NCBI RefSeq assembly: GCF_009914755.1 | Contig: NC_060947.1 | Direction: 5' to 3' (one strand) | DNA length: 64,000 nucleotides | Source of the DNA: the human T2T-CHM13v2.0 reference genome, Homo sapiens | Shown: positions 51,581-64,000 of the stretch, one piece after another | How the letters are laid out: the number at the start of each line of letters is the position of its first letter | Position numbering within the stretch: the stretch's first letter is position 1 | Program-made: the position numbers and the translations under genes | Notes under the pieces: generated by a model | What the model was told of the DNA's origin: nothing | The model's database searches: none | What the model saw: only the letters and a program-made list of their open reading frames with translations

Positions 51581-52193
51581 TGGAATTCATTTTTGATACA
51601 TCATTCTCTAACTTTCTAATCACTTTATACTTTTACTTATTGTGTAATAGTCAGTAATACAATTATATAGCAGGAATTAATCCTATTCATACAACTTAAC
51701 GGTTTCTACTAATGTAAAATGCCCATGCAGAATATTTACTTTAAAGGAAAACCAATTGAAAACAAATATCAGTGTTCTCAGAGCAGACATAGTGAATGGT
51801 ATATACTGTAGTAGAAATATATTTTAATAGCTACCCAAAATGTCTGTTAAACAATATTTTAAGTACACTTTAATTACGGTTTTAAGGACAGTAAAAATCT
51901 ATTTACATTTTTAAACAATGAATACTTTTTAAAAAATTGTAATTGAATGACCCAGGAACTCAGTCATGTAGTCATTGGTTCATCAGATATTTCAGTGTCA
52001 TCTGTAAGGCATTAAACATTTAGGCATATCATCTTTGATGTGAAGTACTTAGAAGTTAATTAGATGATAAAGATATTTTATCCTTTTGACCTTGATATGT
52101 TTATAGTAATTTATTTAACAGTGTAAGAAAGAGCTTGAAATTTGCTTTATTAGCATAGTTATAATCTTATTTAATCTGAAGGATGTTTCTTAA

Positions 52194-52394
<201 letters not shown>

Positions 52395-52433
52395 TGAATA
52401 GCTGAATAAAAGTGAAATATTTTCTTTTAACAG

Positions 52434-52464
52434 GTTTCAGGATCTGATAAAGAAAATCAAAAAG
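52434..52464 (+). CDS. OFD1: OFD1 exon 5 (31 nt, VSGSDKENQK)
   Basis: ttttaacag|GTT ... AAAG|gtagga; 87-nt intron 4. Confidence 0.9.
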
Positions 52465-52895
52465 GTAGGAGCCGTCATCTTTGTAGAGAACAGCAACAGT
52501 TTTCTATGTACTTTTTCCTCTAAAAGAATGAAGCAAATTTTTAGGGAGAAGAGTAAAATTTAATTTGATTTAAATTATTTGATTTCTGCAGGTCATTTCC
52601 CCTATATTTCCATTTTTGTAATAACTTTTAGATATTCAATTAAAAAAACTGTAGACAGTATCAAAGGCCCTACAGACAGGCTGAAAGATACTGTTTGTAA
52701 AAATACCCACTGTTGGGAATATTTCTGCAAAAAAAAAAAAAAAAAACTAATAACTTTTAGGCCAAGTGTCTTTGTATACTAGGTATCCCTCTCAAGTATA
52801 ATTGGTAGGGTATTAGATGTATTAATATTTCCTTAAAGAATGAGAGTTGTGTTCAGTAATGTGTTATATATCTTTTGTTCTTAAATGTTTATACA

Positions 52896-53193
<298 letters not shown>

Positions 53194-53893
53194 ATGTTTA
53201 TATAGACCTAATAAATTGCCTTAATTTTGGCCTTGATAATAGCCATTCATAGAGTCCATAACTACTGTGGGTTTCAGGCCATTGGTTAGACTTGATGATG
53301 GGCTTTGTAGCATGAACATAAGCTGGCAACTTGGCTTTGATGCATAGTTATTCTTTAGGTCTTTTAAAATAATCTGTTAGTAATAGTCCTTTTGTGTTGG
53401 TACACCCTTGGATTTTGTCTGTTGCCTGCACTATCATCCCCACAAGGACATTCATTTATTCATCCATTCATTCGCCAATTCATTTAGAACTTAATCATTT
53501 GAATACTTATTTTCTGCCAGCCATTAAGTCTGTGACTTAATCGCCAAGTCTCTTGGTAGTAATGTTAGCAGAATATAAATAAATTGGAGCACAAGATATT
53601 CTGGACTGCCCGCAAACTAGACCATCTCTACTGAAGTTCAGTATGGTAAATGATCCTATATTCTGTACTCTAAGTGTCGTCCAGTGTGACTCTCTGTGAT
53701 TATGGAAATGTCTGTGTCTATGCTGTTTAATGTGGTAGCTGCTATCCTCATGTGGCTTTTGAGCCTTGAAATGTGGCTAGTGTGACTGGATAACTGAATT
53801 TTTAATTTACATTTAATTAGCTACACTTGCATAGTGACTACCATATTAGCATAATTCTGAGGTATATAGCTAGTATCTTTTGCTTAACTATTA

Positions 53894-54263
<370 letters not shown>

Positions 54264-54288
54264 TTATCCTTAAAAGTAGTTTTTCCAT

Positions 54289-54783
<495 letters not shown>

Positions 54784-55000
54784 TTAAAAATTGGTGTCTT
54801 CTAATTAAGTAACAGAAAACATGTAGGAAGATATTGTGTACTTAACCGTTGTCTGTCCCCTGACTCAGACCTATGGTCTTATCCTACCATATCTATGCTC
54901 AGGGGGTGCTAAGCTGTTGAATGGCCTTGGTACTTTTCCTCCTAGATTCTAGTCACCCATTCTTCCCACTGCTAATTTTCCTTTCAGAGATAATGATATC

Positions 55001-55448
55001 TGTTATGCGTGTCTGTGTGAAGAGACCACCAAACAGGCTTTGTGTGAGGAACAAGGCTGTTTATTCACTTGGGTGCAAGTGGGTTGAGTCCGAAAAGAGA
55101 GTCAGTGAAGGGAGATAGGAGAGGGGCAGCTTTATAGGGCTTGAGTAGGCAGTGGAAAGTTACAGTTAAAGGTGGTTATTTATTGTTAGCAGGGGAGGGG
55201 GTCCCAAGGTGCATGGTGGAGAGATCTTGGGACTCATTGTCCAGAAGAAGAATGTCACAAGGTCGATTGATCAGTTGGGGCAGGGCAGAACAAGTCATAA
55301 TGGTGGAATGTCGTAAGGTTGGTCAGTCAGTTAAGGCAGGAGCTGTTTCACTTCTGTGGTTTTTTAGCTGGCTCCTGCAGGCCATCTGGACGTATATATG
55401 CAGGTTACGGGGGTTACAATGGCTGAGCTTCGGCTCAGAGGCCTGACA
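55001..55448 (-). mobile_element. Solo LTR7-family (HERV-H) LTR
   Basis: - strand begins TGTCAGGCCTCTGAGCC and ends ...AACA; TATAAA at 55136-55131; AATAAA at 55065-55060; 5-bp TSD ATATC at 54996-55000 and 55449-55453. Confidence 0.92.
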
Positions 55449-55539
55449 ATATCCAGAAAATGATGTGCACAAAATTTGGATGAGGGAAGAAAATTTGGAC
55501 ATCGGCCCTTTGCTTTTTGGAAGTAAAAATTCTTATCTG

Positions 55540-55956
55540 CAATTGGCAAAAGAATAAGACATATACATCAATGGGGACAGAATTAGGAAGTCCAGAAATA
55601 CATCCACACAAATATAGTCAATTGATTTTTTTTTTAACAAAGGTGCAAAGGCAATTCAATAGAGGAAAGATAGTCTTTTCAACAAGTGGTGCTGTAACAG
55701 TTGGATATTCATATGCGCAAAAATGAACCTAGACACAGATCTTATTTATTATACCTTACACAAAAACTAACTCAAAATGAACCATAGACCTAAATGTAAA
55801 ATGCAAAACTATAAAACTTCCAGATGAGAACAGTAGAAAGTCTGTGATCTTGGGTTTCGTGATGAGATGTAACACCAAGAGCAAGATACATGAAAGAAAA
55901 AAGTAGATCAGTTAGACTTTATTAAAATTAAAAACATCTCTGTGAAAGACACTGTT
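55540..55956 (+). mobile_element. Old L1M ORF2 3' fragment
   Basis: Degenerate homology to the L1 ORF2 end (gatagtcttttcaacaagtggtgctg; atagacctaaatgtaaaatgcaaaactataaaac). Confidence 0.7.
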
Positions 55957-56255
55957 CTTTTTGTTTTGTTTTTGAGACGGAGTTTCACTCTGCCACCCAG
56001 GCTGGAGTGCAGTGGCGTGACCTCGGCTCACTGCAGCCTCTGCCTCCTGGGTTCAAGTGATTCTCCTGTCTCAGCCTCCTGAGTAGCTGGAACTACAGGC
56101 GCCTGCCACCACGCCTGGCTAATTTTTTTGTGTTTTCAATAGAGATGGGGTTCACCATGTTGATCAGGCTGGTCTCGATCCCCTGACCTCAGGTGATCGC
56201 CTGCCTCAGCCTCCCAGAGTGCTGGGATGACAAGCGTGAGCCACTGTACCCTGCC
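55957..56255 (-). mobile_element. Alu (AluS-like)
   Basis: Reverse Alu; TSD AAGAC(A/G)CTGTT. Confidence 0.9.
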
Positions 56256-56573
56256 AAAAGACGCTGTTAAGAGAATGAAAGACCCAGTGTCGAAACCCAT
56301 AGAGCTTTACGTCATCAAGAGTGAACCTTAATGTTTGCAAATTTAGGTCAGGTGATCCCAGGATGGTATGCAGACTGTGACAAAATCTAATCCCCTTCCT
56401 GAAGGGAGTGGGGGTGGGGGAAAAGGTGCTGAGCTAACTACTGTTTTTAGTTCCAAGAAACTAAACATTTCTTAAGTAATTTATGCTTGTGGTTTAAAAC
56501 AGTTTCAAACTATTCAGAAGGATATAAAGTGAAAGCAAAGTAGCAGTTTCTGCCCATGTTCTCTAATCTCACG

Positions 56574-56632
56574 CTCCACTGATAACTAGAATTAACAGTT
56601 TCACTCCACTGATAACTAGAATTAACAGTTTC
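56574..56632. repeat. Perfect 30-bp-period tandem duplication
   Basis: CTCCACTGATAACTAGAATTAACAGTTTC occurs twice, at 56574 and 56604. Confidence 0.92.
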
Positions 56633-57438
56633 TTGTTTATCTTCTAGAATTGTTTGAGGTTAAAACTATGTATTTGTAATTAAAACACAATCAATTGGGA
56701 TTATATCGTAGATACTGTATGCAATTTGCTTTTTTTAATCCACCAATGTATCTTTCTGTAGCAGTATAGACTAATTATTTTTAAATAATGTATTTAACCC
56801 CCTATTGATGGAGATCTGGTTGTTTTATTGTTTGCTTTTTGCCATTACAGGTAACCTATGTGCAGTGTGCACCCTTTGTGCCCTTGTGAAAGTATACCTG
56901 TGTAAATTCATAGAAGTGGAATGACTAGATTAAAGGGCACATGCATTTCGAATATATATAAGCACTGACAAATTTCTCTTCCAAGTGAATGAGTATAGCT
57001 ATATATCCACTCCCTTGCCAACACTTAGCATTATACAAGTTTTAATCTTAGCAGTGTTATAGGGAAAATAATGGTTTCTCTGTTGTATTAATTTGCATTT
57101 ATGATTTTGTTCATGTTTATTCAGCATCTAAAAATTGTGTTCATCTTTGACAATGTAGTTTTTTCTGCAAACTACCCATGTTTTTCCCCATTTTTCTGAT
57201 TTTTTTTTTTTAAACTGATTTGTAAGAGTTCTTTGATGTTATGAAAATGTCATCACTTTAGTCTTGGTTATGCCTCCATATTATTGCAACTATTTTTCCC
57301 AGTGTGTTATTTTTTTATTTTATGCCATATGTAAGTTTTCAGTTTTTATGTAGTTAGATTGATAAATATTTCTCCTTATTCCTTCCAGGTTCTGTATCAT
57401 GCTTGGGAAGGCCTTTTCTCAGATTTATTAAAAGATAT

Positions 57439-57971
<533 letters not shown>

Positions 57972-59641
57972 TAATTTCAGTTCTGCTGTTTTCATTTTGA
58001 ATGAAGGAAATTATCTGATTTACCATATTGTGTGATTGCTCCTTGAACTGGAGGGATGCAGCCGGCAGGCAACAAGGGAATTCATTTCTGGAATCATCTT
58101 GGGGGACCAGGAAGTGCTCTCCAGTGTCATTCCCTAGCCTCATGAATGCCAGGGCTACACTGGCCAAATCATGCAGGGATTCAAAGGCCCATATTCTTCC
58201 TTGTTTGTTGAGTTTGACTTCTCTTAACTGGGAGGTTCTTCCTCGTGTCTTGTCTAACTTTACAGCCACCCAGTTAGAAGATTATAAACTACTTGCTTTG
58301 CAAAGTACTAGAGAAGTCAGTGACTTATCACTTCATTTTATAGTTGAGGAAACCGAGGTCCTCAGAGGAAGAGCAACTTGGAAACACTCAGTCTGCATCA
58401 GAACTAATAGTGGAGTCCAAGTTCTCCCATCCATGATCTGGAGCTTTTTGTACTATCCAGCTGGTCTGCAGTACCATCCTGTCTGTCAGTTTCGTGCTCA
58501 GTAGAGATGGGAAATAGCTGTTTAAAACGATATGCTTAATGGATTTCTTGGCCCTTCCTTACTCTTAAATGGTAACTTGCAAGAAGATAAGTTCATAATT
58601 CATAAAATGTATTATATGACTATGCCTTTAAGTGTATTTTTAATTCAATTAGAAACATATTACTTGCTAATTATCAAGCAGTGCTGTTCAGTGGTGTGAG
58701 CCACATACATAATTTTAAATTTTCTAGTAGCCACGTTGAAAAAAGTAAAAAGAAACGGGTGAAATTTGTTTTAATAATATATTTAACCCAATACATGCAA
58801 AATATTATTTCAGCATATATTCAATATAAAAAATACTAAGATATTTCACATTTATTTTTTGCACTGTCTTTGAAATCTCATGTGTTTTTTACATTTAAAG
58901 CACATCTCAGTTGAGTCTGGTCACATTTGAAGTGTCAATGGCCCCATGTGGCTGGAGAGTCCTGTGTTGGACAGCATCTGGAAAATACAGAAAAGTAGAT
59001 GGAAAAACATGTCTAAAGTCATCCCTACCAGAGATAAACACTATCGATGTTTTAATCTACTTCTGCCAGCCTTTTTCCCCTCTGTGCATACTTTTTGGGT
59101 GGGCGTTATACACGGTTGAGATTGTACTCTGGGTTCAGATTTGCACTTTGCTATGTGGTTGATTCTGATCCATAGTTGGTTTGAGGGCCATGGACTAAGG
59201 GAAGAGTCAGTAGACCTCACTTTAATCCTGGTTATGCTGTCATGTAGTCACTTATTAAGCTATATCAGCATTTGTTCTTTATGTGTAAAGGGGAGGGGTT
59301 GATATACGTGATCTTTGATTCTTTTAAAGTTATTGTTTTGAATATGTAAGTCAGCTTTAACCAGAGTCCAATAAAGAGCTCTCTGCCTTAGCACTTAGAG
59401 AGTAGGAAGAGACTCCAGTATTTTCTGACTTAAACTGTACTCTTGGCTTTCTTTTTCCTCTAACATTTCATGATGAACATTTTCAAACATACAGAAAAGT
59501 TGAAACAATTTTAGCGAACACTTGTATACCCACCACCTAGATGTCACTATTACACTTGTGTTATACTTGCTTCATCATTTTTATCTGTCCATCCATTCAT
59601 CCACCTTCCTTTTTTTGTATTTCAAAGTAAGTTGCAGATAA

Positions 59642-59908
<267 letters not shown>

Positions 59909-60190
59909 TAAACAAGAGTGATGTTTTTGTTTGTCTTCTAAAGTCTTAACCATAGGTATATGGGAAAATATCTAGAACTTTTAATAACGAATGGGATACT
60001 GTACTGTTGTGCAAATTTTTTTTTATTTCTGGTGACATTTGTTTATGCCTTTTGAGTGAATCCTACAAATAGAGTGAATGAGATAAAACTAACATGAAAT
60101 AAATATATTTGGACAGAGCATTAATGTTAAACCTAGATGTAGAGAGAGAACTTGTTCCTGTTTTTATAGTATAATAGTTGGTATTTTTAA

Positions 60191-60430
<240 letters not shown>

Positions 60431-62205
60431 TAGTAGGTTGGCTCGAGATCCAGCAACAGGATGGTACAGTTGATGGAACAAGGCCCCAGAAGAGCAATAG
60501 GGACTGGGGCCAAGAGTGCAAATAGAAGGATGGTCCTTGAAAAGGATACACAAATTTGCTTCCTCTGAGACTGATGGAAAGGCGAGAACTGTGGAGGTGA
60601 ACAATCAAGTTGGGATTATGAGAAACACACCCTAAATAAGCTCCATCTCCTCAGGCAGATTAGAGGGTTAGATCTTGGGTTTTAGGAGCAGATTGGAGGT
60701 GCAGAGTAGTTCCTGTGGGTAAGGGAAGAACAGCCCTTTAAAGCAGAGAGGACTGATCACCTGTATTGAGGGCTCAGCTGTGGTTGGGGGAGCCTGGAAT
60801 TGAGAGAGGTCAAACCAGGTGCTTGTAAGTGAGTTTTCTGTTCTAGTTCTGGGGAGGATTTGTAAGTATCTCTCTGTCCCTTTCAGTGAGGGTGGAAAGA
60901 TGGAGATGCTTGGGAAGTAGAGCTTTTCAGAGCCTTATTTGACTAGAGAAAGGCAGCCTACTTAATCGAAGATTCTGGGGCTCTCTTGGGTAGTGAAGGG
61001 AAGCAGAGGAGAGGGCAGGTGGCTGCTAACCTAGGGGGAAAGGAAGGGTTGAGTGGCAGTCTCAGTGATCAAGGACTCGATCTGGATAGACTGGTAGGTG
61101 GAAGAATGAGGATGGTCCAAGATTACAGAATTGCAGGATGAGGTTTCAGGTGGAGACTAGAAACCAAATGCAGTATGCTGCCATTGGAGAGAGCCATGGA
61201 AATGAGCAAGGGTGAAGGTCCCTGGGGTAAAGGAGTCACCACAAGGGTCATCCATGTGACCATTTGATCTTGTCACCCCAGAAAGTAACTGGACAGGAGA
61301 CAGAGAGGGTGAGGAGTGAGAGGGAGTCCATGTTGGCAAGCAGGATTGGATCTACTCCTTTAAATCATATTCCTTTCCCAAGGGCGTGTCTTAGACCAAA
61401 CTAGATTTACAGCACTATTTCCAACATACATCCAGAACTACTGCTGTCAGATGTTGAAAGTAGGAATGCTTCCCCCTAGTGTCCACTCTCGCCTGGGGCT
61501 TCTCAATAAGACCTAGTTGTTTAATGCTAAGGGCACCCCCTCTAAAATTTTGTATAGCATTTCTGGGAATTGGGTTTGCTTCAGCTATAAAAATGAATGT
61601 CAGAAGCACATATCTTTGAGATGATTGGATTGTGTTTAGACTAATAACTTCAACCTTCAAGATAGGTGACTGACTAGATCCCTGTTTATTTATCTGATCA
61701 TCTGAAGGCTTTGAAGAAGATTGTCATCCTCATAAGAAGCACCATGTCTTTATTCCCTCACCTGGACTGTCCATCCCCTTCTCTCCCTGATAAAAACCAT
61801 AGTGTCTTTCAAGACCCAGCTTGGATGTCACCTGGGTGATGCCGTCCCTGACTCCCACTGAGCGACCCATTTAGGCCTCATTCCTGCATCAGTCTTTATG
61901 TACTTCAGTTACAAAATCATCACATCTTAGTGTGATTGTTTCTCACTCCCTGACTAAATTGTGAGGTCTTTAGAGATGAGGACTATATCTGTCTACCTTT
62001 TTATATCCAGTTCCCAGTATGCTGCTTGACATGTCATAGGTAGTTAGTAAATTCTTTCTCTGTGAACACACAAATGGAAGGATGGCCCATTCTTTTAGGA
62101 GTTCATATGAGCTTGCTAACTCTGAGTCAGAATGACCCGTGAACTGAAACATTCAGACGACACCACCACTAAAAACCATGGGGATTCAATTCTTTTGGAG
62201 TTTTA

Positions 62206-62598
<393 letters not shown>

Positions 62599-62842
62599 TT
62601 AAAGAACTAAATAGCATAAATTTCACATGGCATGTTAGGACTGTAGGGTAATGGTAGTTTAACAGTCATTGGGGGAGTAAATTTTTATGCAACTAGAATA
62701 CGCAAAAAGTATACCTTGAGTCGGAATCTCTTGAAGGTGAAATTGTTATCCTAAATGTCTGTACTTTGCTTTTTGGAATGTAGGAAGCAGTATATTCATT
62801 CAAATCTGTTTTGCTTTCATTAGCTTGCTTGCTAAAAATTAA

Positions 62843-62965
<123 letters not shown>

Positions 62966-63603
62966 TAAGTAATGCATGTTCATTTTGGATATTCAGAATG
63001 ATGAGATTAAAAAGAATTACTAAATATATGTCTAAATATTCTAATGTTCATTGCCAAGTAGAGTTCTTATTTGTAAAGGGGATATCACCTAGAAGGTACA
63101 AATTAAGAGGAACAAACACTAGGGTTTTGTTTTTGAAATATTAAACATTAAGATGAAAAGACGAATGAGATGCTATCATCAGGCTACAGTAAGACCAGAC
63201 AGATTATTTGGAGAAGCTGTTAATACTGGAACAGATCGTATGTTTTGCAGTTACATTCAGTCCCTCAGATCTGATAGTTCCGTGTGTGTATGTATAGTAA
63301 CTGAATTCCATATATCCAGGCCTGCAGCTTTTACCAGCTGTGTGCTCAGAAAAGGAAGTATGGTGGTCCAACTTGACTTGTACTTGGTGAAACCATTTCT
63401 TTGTTACTCACTGTTTCTAAGTGCTCACAAATGTTTCATCCTTGAGATCTTACCTGGGATTGATGGCAAGTTCACCTGTCTATAGTTTGTGCAATAAGCC
63501 TTCTCTTCCTTTGGGAATCTGCTATTGACACCCATAGATACTCCAGGAATCTTAGTTCATTAAAGAATTTGGCTCCATTAATGTTTTTTTCTCACTTCTA
63601 TAG

Positions 63604-63665
63604 GCTTGATTTGTTTGATTTCAACTCTCTGTCTACCTTACTCTCTTTTTGGCAATAATGAAAAG
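63604..63665 (+). other. OFD1: Latent 62-nt cryptic exon in OFD1 intron 9
   Basis: Acceptor ttttttctcacttctatag|G; weak donor AAG|gtaaat; in-frame TAA at 63656-63658. Confidence 0.8.
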
Positions 63666-64000
63666 GTAAATTGATCAAGAGAGAGGAAATAGGCACAAAA
63701 TTGGGGCAGAGAGAGTTCATCATTCCTTTACCTCCATTTTCTCTACTCTTGTTCCCTCCTTCTCAGCATATAAACTAAATAAATGTAGTTTACCTCTCCA
63801 TGGCTTTCCAGATTACCAGCAGAGGGAGCTAATACCTAGAGCCTTTACCTGTTCTTAGACTAGTCAGCATTTTGTAGCACTTCTCAGGATGGCTGGATCT
63901 CACCACCCATGAACCTACCTCCCTGGCTAAGGAGTTGGTGCTATGGTTGATTTAAAGTCTCACTATGAAGACCATTCTATTCTTCAGTATTTGGAAGCCC

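Overview
Human (or very close primate) Xp22.2 genomic DNA containing three known genes. RAB9A is on the + strand: CpG-island exon 1, non-coding exon 2 and a single coding exon for 201 aa. TRAPPC2/SEDL is on the - strand: 6 exons, 140-aa sedlin, with a U12-type AT-AC intron 4. OFD1 exons 1-9 are on the + strand and share a bidirectional CpG-island promoter with TRAPPC2. The rest is a dense repeat landscape: about 30 Alus, a full-length degenerate L1PA carrying an Alu, a solo LTR7/HERV-H, MLT1 LTRs, MER20/MER3 DNA transposons and CR1/L3 remnants. Splice boundaries were read directly from the sequence and give continuous reading frames. The most interesting sequence-level observations concern TRAPPC2 RNA processing. 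(i) An in-frame GT-AG intron is nested inside the AT-AC intron (twintron-like, +16 aa). (ii) An intact L1 ORF0 with a splice donor would fuse in frame to sedlin. (iii) Tandem donors in the MER20-derived exon 2 switch between a uORF and a 34-aa N-terminal extension. Also seen: stacked uORFs in the RAB9A leader, an Alu-Alu recombination duplication in the TRAPPC2 3' UTR, and the latent OFD1 intron-9 cryptic exon. Functional use of the novel items is inference and needs RNA data. Repeat boundaries and subfamilies are approximate because they were called by eye.
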